Shown here piece after piece: positions 1 to 8,663 of a DNA stretch of 64,000 bases. Both the position numbers and the translations under genes were made by a program. The notes under the pieces are model-generated. The model worked only from the letters and a program-made list of their open reading frames with translations, ran no database searches and was not told the origin of the DNA. The DNA lies in NCBI GenBank assembly GCA_913063285.1, contig CAJXXZ010000003.1, positions 2,317-66,316 of the forward strand, read 5' to 3'. This DNA comes from an uncultured bacterium. Its GTDB lineage: Bacteria > Pseudomonadota > Alphaproteobacteria > CAJXXZ01 > 1604HC. Within the stretch, counting starts at the first letter, position 1, and each line of letters starts with the position of its first letter.

Positions 1-249
1 TGGAATTTATTAAGGCAAAAAATAAATTATTCTTTTTCAGAAAAGCATGAGCAATGGCAATTTTTAAATTTTATTGAGCAAAAAGCAAATAAAATGCAAG
101 TATATGATATATCTGGACATTCAAGTGAAAATCCTTGTTGGAGATTTTGGACAGGACCAACTTTACCGGCTAGTGAGGTAAAACAAGGAGCTATGTTGTT
201 TAAGCAATGTTTTGAAAAATATTTTGCTGATTTTACATTATTCAAATAA
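1..249 (+). CDS. serC: 3' end of phosphoserine aminotransferase (Methanosarcina/alphaproteobacterial type), partial at window edge
   Basis: Frame 1 is open from base 1 to TAA at 247-249 and reads ...VYDISGHSSENPCWRFWTGPTLPASEVKQG..., resembling the YDIGxYRDAPPGLRIWxGATVE C-terminal motif of this SerC type. Not in the ORF track. Confidence 0.6.
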   Translation, partial: WNLLRQKINYSFSEKHEQWQFLNFIEQKANKMQVYDISGHSSENPCWRFWTGPTLPASEVKQGAMLFKQCFEKYFADFTLFK

Positions 250-959
250 GAGATATAAAAAAGCAGTATAAATTTAAAATTATATTTTTTAAATATAAAT
301 TTCTGAAAATTAAACTTATATAACTTCTTGAAAAAATATTAAATATAAAACTGTCTTACAAAATCATTTATAGTTTTGAAAATAGATTTTTTCTACCATT
401 TATATTCTTTTAGATATATCTAATATCTTATTCTTAACTATATAAAAAACCTCATCATCTTTATAAGATATAGTATAATTTTATGAATACTTTCTAATTA
501 TTTTGTTACATTACTTTAATTTGCTTCAAAATTATGTTTTAAGCAGATATACTATTATAGCAATAGTATTTCACTTATCTTGTTTAATGCAAAAATATTA
601 CTTACGATTAAAGCAAATAAATTTAATAAATTTGATTTTTTATATATTTATAGTTTTATTGCATATTTCAATATAATTATATGTATTTCATAAAAGAATT
701 TTTTTAAATATAACTATAGAACTTATTATTATAAATTTGATGAATTTTATATTGTATTTTGTATTATTTATTAAATTTATTTTTTCATCTATATAAGATA
801 ATCACTTGTATTTTAAATTATTTTATGTTTCTTTTAATATTTTTTGAAATTTTAACCAAGATAGTATAAGTATACAGATAATATGTAATAAAAATCTTTC
901 AAGAAAATTTTATTAAGATTTAGTTTGTATCTTTAAAGTTTATATTTTATATCTTACTT

Positions 960-1235
960 TCATCTTTTTTCATTTTGATTGATAAAAAATTTGATCCATA
1001 GTTGAGAACTAAATGGACTTGTTATTAAAATTATTATTAAAAGAAAAAATAGTAAAATTTTATGAGGGTTGCATAACATACATCTTAATATTAAAAATAT
1101 TGTTCCCCATAATCCAAAATTTAATGCGTGAATAGCTTGTTTTTCATCTTTACTTTTTAATATTCCTAATGGAAGTAGTAAAAATGATGTTAATGAAAGA
1201 AATAAAAGAATTACTGATATAATATTTTTTATCAT
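960..1235 (-). CDS. Na+/H+ antiporter subunit G (MnhG/MrpG)-like membrane protein
   Basis: 91 aa with three hydrophobic segments; LGILK..D...IHA...GT and ILITSP patterns like MrpG; overlaps the upstream MrpF-like gene by 4 nt. Confidence 0.55.
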   Translation of the reverse strand: MIKNIISVILLFLSLTSFLLLPLGILKSKDEKQAIHALNFGLWGTIFLILRCMLCNPHKILLFFLLIIILITSPFSSQLWIKFFINQNEKR

Positions 1236-1459
1236 GATTGATTATTACTTAGAAAATAAGGAATTATTGAAGAAAGTATACAAAGTAATATGGAGTATTC
1301 TATCCAAATTGTATCTTGCTGTAATAATGATAGAGCTATGATAATAAATATATTAGCTTCAATTGCTGCAATCCAACTATACCAGTTGCATTTTCGTAGA
1401 GCAATAATTGTATTTAACATAATTATAATTATAAGCATATTTGTGTATAAGTCTAGCAT
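1232..1459 (-). CDS. Na+/H+ antiporter subunit F (MnhF/MrpF)-like membrane protein
   Basis: About 75 aa with three hydrophobic helices, directly upstream of the MnhG-like gene. Start moved to ATG 1459, which overlaps the end of hda. Confidence 0.45.
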   Translation of the reverse strand: MLDLYTNMLIIIIMLNTIIALRKCNWYSWIAAIEANIFIIIALSLLQQDTIWIEYSILLCILSSIIPYFLSNNQS

Positions 1460-2067
1460 ATAGTATCTCGTATAATCTGCATTGTAAGAGCAGATTGTGT
1501 CAATAAGCAATTATTATGTATTTGTATAATAGATGAATGTATACTTTCATAATTTAGTGAAATTTTTTGCAAAAGATAAGCTGCTAATTTACGTGATGCA
1601 TGTAATCCAAAGTCTCGAAATTGCTTTTGTACTATTGGTATTGCACTTTGCTCCGTTAAATCATTAAACTTAACTTTTGGCATTGATTCAAATCTAGAAA
1701 TGATATCATATGGGGCAGTCCATTCTGATATATTTTTATTTGATATCCATAAAGTAGGAATAGATTTAGCTTTTGCATAAAAATATGTATTCATAGTCCA
1801 GCTATGATTTAACAACTTATCTACTTCATCAATTATTATCGGTTGATCAGTAAATTTTATATTTGGATTTATAAATAATGCATTTTTACGCTTTTTCCAT
1901 ATGTGCGCAAGATGTGTTTTTCCTGATTTTGGTTGTGAAAGTAGTAATAGTTGATTTGAACTCCATTTACTTTTACAAATATAGTCAAATGTATTTTTAC
2001 AATTTTTACCTTTATAAAAATCTGATTCAGAATATGATATTTGCCATTTCATACTCAAAAAACTCAT
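1453..2067 (-). CDS. hda: DnaA regulatory inactivator Hda/HdaA
   Basis: YSESDFYKGKNCK, Walker A PKSGKTHLAHIW, IIIDEVD and DIISRF motifs; lies downstream of an AI-2E transporter, as in alphaproteobacteria. Confidence 0.85.
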   Translation of the reverse strand: MSFLSMKWQISYSESDFYKGKNCKNTFDYICKSKWSSNQLLLLSQPKSGKTHLAHIWKKRKNALFINPNIKFTDQPIIIDEVDKLLNHSWTMNTYFYAKAKSIPTLWISNKNISEWTAPYDIISRFESMPKVKFNDLTEQSAIPIVQKQFRDFGLHASRKLAAYLLQKISLNYESIHSSIIQIHNNCLLTQSALTMQIIRDTIC

Positions 2068-2069
2068 AA

Positions 2070-3059
2070 TTATTCATCTAACTCGTCAAGGTTATATCGC
2101 CAATTTTTCATTAGAGTTAAAAATAATGGATGAAATACACATGTTAATGGTCCTGCTAACACTAATCCCATAGCACCAAATAATGATCCATATATCATAC
2201 ATAGTGTAATGAAATATAATGGATGTATTCCAATTTGTTGTTTCATTAATATAGGAGAAATAAATTTTCCAGATACTAAAGACCAAACTATCAATCCAGT
2301 AATTACGACATATAACATAGATCCTTTTATTGTACAGATGCAATAAATTATTGCTAAAAGTTGAGATAGAAGAGGACCTATATATGGAATAAATACTGAT
2401 AAAGATATTAATGTTGAAAGTAAAAGAGTTGCATTAGAACCACAAATAAAAAGTAAAATATAATGGTATATAAATGTGAGAAAACATATTGTTACTTGAA
2501 CATGCAACCAACCTTTTAATGACATGAATATACTATCAGTACATTCCACAAATTGTAAATGATAACATTTTGGAAGTGATTTTTGTATTGATGTGGTCCA
2601 CTCTCCCCAGTTTGTAAGAGTATAAAGACTGCATGTTATCATTGTAGCAAGAAATGCAATTATACTCATCATAGTTTTTGAAATATATATGTAAAAAAAA
2701 TTGTCTAATGGTGCATTAGTAATCATGTCGATCATTGATTTTTGTTTGATTCCATCAGGCAACATATTAATAAGATCAGGCATTTTATTCATTAAAAGTT
2801 GTGTTTGATCTTGTAATACCGGAATAAGATACACTATAGTTAATAATAAAATTATACAAATACATAATATAATAATTATCGATGATAGCCCTTTTCGCAA
2901 TCCTCTACTATGTAATGCTTCAAATGGAACAGATAATATATATGACAATACTACAGATGCTAAAATTATACATAATGTAAAGTGAAAAGTTTTATTTAAT
3001 AATATATATGAAGCGGCCACTAAAAGTAGATAACCAAAGTAATCACTTTTATATGACAT
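2070..3059 (-). CDS. AI-2E family (PerM-like) transporter
   Basis: Multi-TM protein with FIPYIGP, GIHPL and GSLFGAMGLVLAGP motifs; GGAGG RBS upstream. Confidence 0.85.
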   Translation of the reverse strand: MSYKSDYFGYLLLVAASYILLNKTFHFTLCIILASVVLSYILSVPFEALHSRGLRKGLSSIIIILCICIILLLTIVYLIPVLQDQTQLLMNKMPDLINMLPDGIKQKSMIDMITNAPLDNFFYIYISKTMMSIIAFLATMITCSLYTLTNWGEWTTSIQKSLPKCYHLQFVECTDSIFMSLKGWLHVQVTICFLTFIYHYILLFICGSNATLLLSTLISLSVFIPYIGPLLSQLLAIIYCICTIKGSMLYVVITGLIVWSLVSGKFISPILMKQQIGIHPLYFITLCMIYGSLFGAMGLVLAGPLTCVFHPLFLTLMKNWRYNLDELDE

Positions 3060-3072
3060 TAAACCTCCACTA

Positions 3073-3145
3073 TAGGCATAATAGGAGTCGAACCTACGAC
3101 CTTTACGATGTCAACGTAACGCTCTAACCACTGAGCTATATGCCT
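3073..3145 (-). tRNA. tRNA-Val(GAC), CCA not encoded
   Basis: Reverse complement AGGCATA-TAGCTCAGTGGTTAGAGC-G-TTACG TTGACAT CGTAA-...GGTTCGACTCC-TATTATGCCTA folds as a cloverleaf. Confidence 0.95.
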
Positions 3146-3228
3146 TCACAATGAATAATCTCATAAAACAAACTGACTTGTCAATCTTAACTATTGTTTT
3201 AATATGTTTTTTATTCTAAAATTTTATA

Positions 3229-3564
3229 ATGTTTGAAAAAAATATCAATGATGAAGTGGCTGTACATAATGATACTGATCAAAGAACTGCAAATACTTTA
3301 ACAGAAAAAGAACCATCTAATGAAGTTGATGGTGTACAAAAAATTGATAATAAAGTGCAAAAAACAAAAAACAATAAAATGTTTATAAGTGATGAATTAC
3401 GTTTTGGAAAAAACTGTGGAAGAAAAATTAGATGTAATAAATGTAATATAGTGTTTTATAATCTTTTTAATGCAGAACCTAAATGTTTTGAGTGTGGAAA
3501 GATAGTTTCTTCTAAAATTAAACCTGTATCTGACTCATATGAAGATGTAGATTATGATTTATAA
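3229..3564 (+). CDS. FYDLN-acid (TIGR02300-like) zinc-ribbon protein with acidic N-terminal extension
   Basis: GRKIRCNKCNIVFYNLFNAEPKCFECG matches the GxKRxCxxCxxxFYDLxxxPxxCPxCG pattern. Confidence 0.7.
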   Translation: MFEKNINDEVAVHNDTDQRTANTLTEKEPSNEVDGVQKIDNKVQKTKNNKMFISDELRFGKNCGRKIRCNKCNIVFYNLFNAEPKCFECGKIVSSKIKPVSDSYEDVDYDL

Positions 3565-4004
3565 TGCTTTTAAATCGAAAGATACAGTATAATTATCATA
3601 TTCACAAAACATTAGAGGTTGGAATGGTGCTTAAAGGTACTGAAGTAAGAACATTACGTATGAGAAAAGGATCCATAGTAGGAGCATATATAGTTGTGAG
3701 AAGTGAGGGTTTATTACTAATGAATATGGATATTCCAATTTATACACATGCAATAGTTAATCATGAGCCTAGAGCTGTACGTACTTTACTAGCACATAAA
3801 AAAGAAATTCGATTTCTAAGAGGAAAATTACAAGAAAAAGGATTAACTCTTATTCCAAAATCACTATACTTCAATAAATTTGGACTTGTAAAAATGGAAA
3901 TTGCATTATGTAGCGGAAAAAATCAATTTGATAAGAGGCAAAGTATAAAGAAGCGAGAGATAGAGAGAGAAAAGATGAGCTGGAGAAAATCGGTAATGAT
4001 TTAA
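3564..4004 (+). CDS. smpB: SsrA-binding protein
   Basis: LEVGMVLKGTEVRTLR, NHEPRAVRTLLAHKKEI and GKNQFDKR motifs. Confidence 0.97.
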   Translation: MLLNRKIQYNYHIHKTLEVGMVLKGTEVRTLRMRKGSIVGAYIVVRSEGLLLMNMDIPIYTHAIVNHEPRAVRTLLAHKKEIRFLRGKLQEKGLTLIPKSLYFNKFGLVKMEIALCSGKNQFDKRQSIKKREIEREKMSWRKSVMI

Positions 4005-4008
4005 AATC

Positions 4009-4890
4009 ATGCGTTTTTTGTCATTAATTGTAATATTTTTATGTGGAGCTTGGCTATTGTTACCCATTCAAAAAAATATATATATGAATTATCCACAACA
4101 TCAACAAAGTGTTAAGGAAAATCTAATAAATCGTTATAATTTTTTCTCAAAATTGATGTGTTTTCCTACATTAGCTTTAGTTGTGTCAAAAATTTTTCCT
4201 ATTAAGCATGGATTATATGAATTTAAAAAAGGTACACATTACTATCAAGTTTTTAATATACTATGGTATGGTAGTAATCAACATATGTGCAAAATTACTA
4301 TTCCGGAAGGATGGTCTTCTGAAAAAATTTTTGCATATATTCGTGATGATACTAGTTTAAGTGGACCGATGCCTGAATTTGTAGCAAATGGTTACTTATG
4401 GCCATCAACTTATTATTACGTAAATGGTACATCAAGAAAGAAAATAATTGAGATGATGAAAAAAGAGTGCGAGAAAGTTCATAACTTATTGTGGAGTCAA
4501 AAATCTGTATGGAAATCAAAACAAGATTGGATAATATTTGCTTCTATGATTGAAAAAGAGGGAGTTGATTATGATGATAAAAGACAAATTGCAAATGCAT
4601 TATGGTCTAGACTACAAAAAAAAATGAGATTGCAAGTTGATGCTACAGTTGCTTATATAAAAACTAGCGGCATGTATAATCGTATTATTTCAAGAAAAGA
4701 TTGGTGGATACAGTCTCCTTATAATACTTATAGAAATAGAGGTTTACCGATCGCAGCAATTACAAATCCTAGTGAGACATCTTTGATGGTTAGTTTACAA
4801 CCAACTATTACAGACAAAATTTATTATAAGGTTATATCTGCAGGTAAACATTATTTTTCAAGTTCTCTAAAAGAGCATATTTTTGCATGA
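4009..4890 (+). CDS. mltG: Endolytic transglycosylase MltG
   Basis: N-terminal TM; ITIPEGW, ASMIEKE, RLQVDATV and SPYNTYRNRGLP motifs. Confidence 0.93.
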   Translation: MRFLSLIVIFLCGAWLLLPIQKNIYMNYPQHQQSVKENLINRYNFFSKLMCFPTLALVVSKIFPIKHGLYEFKKGTHYYQVFNILWYGSNQHMCKITIPEGWSSEKIFAYIRDDTSLSGPMPEFVANGYLWPSTYYYVNGTSRKKIIEMMKKECEKVHNLLWSQKSVWKSKQDWIIFASMIEKEGVDYDDKRQIANALWSRLQKKMRLQVDATVAYIKTSGMYNRIISRKDWWIQSPYNTYRNRGLPIAAITNPSETSLMVSLQPTITDKIYYKVISAGKHYFSSSLKEHIFA

Positions 4891-5326
4891 GATAAAATTT
4901 AGCATTCTAGTTAGATAAGCTAAATATTCAATATAATTATACTCTTACTGATGATGTATTTTAGATTTGTTATTAATATTCAATATAAAGAATAAAATTA
5001 CTATTAAATTTAAATATATACTGGTCATTATTTGTAATAAATAATTTACAGTAATTACTAATATCAAAATTGCAACTTAATTTATTATTATTAAATATTT
5101 TTTATTAAAAAAATTTTAATGAAATTACAAAATACATTTATATAAGCTATATTTTAAAGATAATTTTTATTTTGATTAACTCTTTGCACTAAAAATTCAG
5201 TTTTAAATTATTTTTTTTGATCATTATGTATTTGGTGTAATGGAAATAGTAGTTTTGAGTTATATTAAGTGTTAAGTATTTTGACTAAAATGAAAATTCT
5301 TTAACTGTATTCACTATTTTTATATA

Positions 5327-5857
5327 TTACTTATTTAAAACAGCAAATGCAGTATTTTTTTCAGGATGAACTAAAGTTATATGAGATGGTAATTTAAGAC
5401 AGCTTTCTTTAAAAACATGTCCTTTTGATGTATTAGATGTATCGACTTCAATATAATGAGGAATATTGTCGGCTTTTGCATTTAATACAACATGAACATC
5501 AACTGTACGTCTGCTAATATTTAATGTTCCACCAAGCTTTAATCCTGGAGATTTTTCATGATTAATAAATTTTAGTGGAATTTTGGTACGAATTTTAGTT
5601 GATGGTTTTGGCTCATACAAATCTATATGTAGTTTTTTATAATTTACTGGATGCTTTTGAATTTCCTTTATAATTACATTTCTTGTATTACCATTATGTT
5701 CGATAGAAATAGACATATGTTGATCAATCTCATTTTTTCTGACTTCATCTGCTAAAAGATATCCTTTAATTGATTCTTGAATATCAGGACCATATAAATT
5801 AGCTTGAATCAGAGGTTTGTTCGATGTATTTTCCTGTAGGAATTGCATAATGCTCAT
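5327..5857 (-). CDS. rplY: 50S ribosomal protein L25/Ctc (degenerate N-terminus)
   Basis: IIKEIQKHPV...LHIDLY, SPGLKLGGTLN and IPHYIEVD motifs. Confidence 0.9.
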   Translation of the reverse strand: MSIMQFLQENTSNKPLIQANLYGPDIQESIKGYLLADEVRKNEIDQHMSISIEHNGNTRNVIIKEIQKHPVNYKKLHIDLYEPKPSTKIRTKIPLKFINHEKSPGLKLGGTLNISRRTVDVHVVLNAKADNIPHYIEVDTSNTSKGHVFKESCLKLPSHITLVHPEKNTAFAVLNK

Positions 5858-5927
5858 TATTTAAGATTACATAATTATTATAAAAATATCAATGGAGTTA
5901 TATGTAAAATTATTGTATAATTTTATT

Positions 5928-6812
5928 GTGAGTCAAAAAAAATGTATGAATGTGGCGATCATAGGTGCGCCAAATGTGGGAAAATCAAGCTTATTAAATT
6001 GCTGGTTAGGTGAGAAAAATAGTATAGTATCTCCTCGTCCTCATACCACTCGTAATAATGTATTAGGAATACTCAACGAAAATGATGTTCAACTTGTATT
6101 TGTAGACACTCCAGGATTTGCAAAATCTAAATTTTTACTAAATTGCGATTTACCTGTTACAAAATCTTCAGAACATTTTGATAATTATGCAATTCAAATT
6201 CAAAAAGCATTACAAAATATTGATTATGTTGTACTTGTTGTTGACGCTATTCGTGTTAATGCTGAAGGAACTGCAAATTTACTGTCAATGTTACTAAGTT
6301 CCTATCAAAACAAATTTTGTGTAATTTTAAATAAAATAGATCGTGTAAAAAAAGGGCAGTTATATAAAATTATTGATGATTTAGCAGCTGAGGCAAATAC
6401 AAAAGTTAATTTTAATCAGGTAATATATTGTGTGTCAGCTTTGATGAAAAAAGGTACAAATGATGTTATAAAATTTTTACAAAGTGTTGCTCAGAAAAAA
6501 GAATGGCAATATACGAATGAATTACCTGTAAAACGAGAAATTTACGGTGCTGAATGTGTGAGAGAAAAGGCATTTTATGTATTAAAGCAAGAGGTGCCAT
6601 TTTTTTTAAAAACTAGAGCGATGAAATGGAATTTTGATGCAAAAAAATGGAATTTAACCGTTAATATAGAGGTGCCACGACTTGGACATAAAAAAATTGT
6701 TATCGGAAAAAATGCAGCTACAGTTAAAACTATCGGCTCCGCAGCAAGATCTGAATTGATGAGTAAGTGGGGAGCAGGCAGTCTATTTGTAAATGTTGAA
6801 GTTGTAAATTAG
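5928..6812 (+). CDS. era: GTPase Era
   Basis: GAPNVGKS, HTTR, DTPG and NKID motifs plus a C-terminal KH-like domain. Likely start is GTG 5928; the ORF is open from 5892. Confidence 0.95.
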   Translation: MSQKKCMNVAIIGAPNVGKSSLLNCWLGEKNSIVSPRPHTTRNNVLGILNENDVQLVFVDTPGFAKSKFLLNCDLPVTKSSEHFDNYAIQIQKALQNIDYVVLVVDAIRVNAEGTANLLSMLLSSYQNKFCVILNKIDRVKKGQLYKIIDDLAAEANTKVNFNQVIYCVSALMKKGTNDVIKFLQSVAQKKEWQYTNELPVKREIYGAECVREKAFYVLKQEVPFFLKTRAMKWNFDAKKWNLTVNIEVPRLGHKKIVIGKNAATVKTIGSAARSELMSKWGAGSLFVNVEVVN

Positions 6813-7477
6813 ATATCATAATAAGTAAAATTTTGACTAGTCACTATAAACCATATATATTAAATATAGTATAATCAAAATATTAAACTTTATGTAGAGC
6901 TTCACGTAATGAAAAAAATTTTAATCTAAACAAGAATAATTATTTTTTAAAATTAATTTTTTGAATGCTTGACAAGTGAATCATATTTAACATATTACTA
7001 ATTTTTTAATTTAAAAACATATTTATAAATATAATATTTATTATAACATATTTCATACCTATTTTATTACATATTTGTAGAAAATATTAAAAAAATCATT
7101 TATGCAAAATTCAAATGAAATATAGAAAATTATAAATATAATAACTAAAAATAAATGTATTTAAACGTAGAAAAATTTAAAAGTTTATTATTTAAAACGT
7201 CGATTGATGCAATTATATAACAAATATCATTATATAATAATTTAAAAGTTTAAAATACAATTAATGATATATCAAATTACTAATATAGTGAAACTTGTGT
7301 TGAAAATGATATATGTATATACATATACCTTTACTTTTAATAATTTTCTATTCAAAATAATTTTGAATTTTTACAATTTATCAGTGAAAATTTATAAAGT
7401 TTTTAATATTTTATAAATAAAGTTATATGTGCGTTTGATATATTAAAATAATAGTTAAGTTTAAAATATCGTATTCA

Positions 7478-8662
7478 TTAATTTTGATCAAATAAATATC
7501 GAAAAATAGCGTTATAGCGCAGAAAACCTTTATTAGTTAGACGAAAACTAATATTTGCATCATAAATAGCATCACCGACATCATGTAATTTTTGCAATTT
7601 ATCAGTTTGTAAAAAAGTGTTATTTACAAGTGATATTCCTTCGTGAGTACGTAGATTCATCAAAAATTGTTCCATTTTAAATATTTTTTGATCAATTTTT
7701 TCAATGATTCCTATGTTATTTTGTAAATTTGATAAATCATGAACAGCTGTATTATTTTGAACTTTTTGTAGCCATTGTTCAGGTAGTTTTAAATTATGTA
7801 TCGCATACCATTCATTATCTATCCAAATTCGACTATGTGCTCCCGGTCCAATACCAATAAACGGCTTGTAGCGCCAATAAGTTAAATTATGTTTCGAGCG
7901 ATAAGATTCATTTTTTGCAAAATTTGATATCTCATAGTGTAAATAATGCTTTAATTTTTGTAAAATCAATTCATATTGATCAGCAATTAGATCATCCTGA
8001 GGCATTTTAAGTTGTGCGCGTTCATATAATTGCCCAAATTTTGTGTTTTTTTCTAATGTCAATGCATAAAGTGAAATATGAGGAAGATTTAAATTTAATA
8101 CAACATCTAATGTTTCTTTTAGTGTTTGTAAGCTTTGATTTGGAATGCCATACATCAGATCTATTGACATATTAGAAAATAGTTGTTGAGCTTTTCGTAT
8201 CCATTGAATTGCTTCCTGTGCTGTATGTGTACGGCCGAGAAATTGTAAAATTTGATCATCAAAAGACTGTACACCAAAGGAAATTCGATTTATTCCAGCA
8301 TCTCGAAATCTTTCTAAAGAATACGATTCTAAAGATGATGGATTTACCTCAAGTGTAATTTCGGGTATGAATGTTGACCATTTTTTCAGTTCTGAAATTA
8401 TTGCTTGAATCCACTCAGGCTTCATTAATGAGGGAGTTCCTCCTCCAAAAAATATACTTGTAATTTTATGTTTTTTCCAAAGTGAAATTTCCTTTAATAG
8501 TCCTTCAAAGTAATGTTCTAGAGTTATTTTTTCACGAACATGACTATTTAGATCACAATAAAAGCATTTTTTTCGACAAAAGGGCCAGTGAATATAAACT
8601 GCAATCTCGTCGTTATTATTAATTTGCTCAAATACCATATTTTTTCTATTCTTCATATTCAT
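7478..8662 (-). CDS. hemW: Radical SAM heme chaperone HemW
   Basis: YIHWPFCRKKCFYCD, FFGGGTPS, YEISNF and HNLTYW motifs. Confidence 0.92.
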   Translation of the reverse strand: MNMKNRKNMVFEQINNNDEIAVYIHWPFCRKKCFYCDLNSHVREKITLEHYFEGLLKEISLWKKHKITSIFFGGGTPSLMKPEWIQAIISELKKWSTFIPEITLEVNPSSLESYSLERFRDAGINRISFGVQSFDDQILQFLGRTHTAQEAIQWIRKAQQLFSNMSIDLMYGIPNQSLQTLKETLDVVLNLNLPHISLYALTLEKNTKFGQLYERAQLKMPQDDLIADQYELILQKLKHYLHYEISNFAKNESYRSKHNLTYWRYKPFIGIGPGAHSRIWIDNEWYAIHNLKLPEQWLQKVQNNTAVHDLSNLQNNIGIIEKIDQKIFKMEQFLMNLRTHEGISLVNNTFLQTDKLQKLHDVGDAIYDANISFRLTNKGFLRYNAIFRYLFDQN

Positions 8663-8663
8663 A

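Noticed and set aside
27..245. 72-aa minus-strand ORF
   Set aside because: Antisense shadow of the open + strand serC-like frame.
6690..6740. Era KH motif reads GKNA instead of GxxG
   Set aside because: A single substitution in a fast-evolving genome; a link to leaderless translation cannot be supported from sequence alone.
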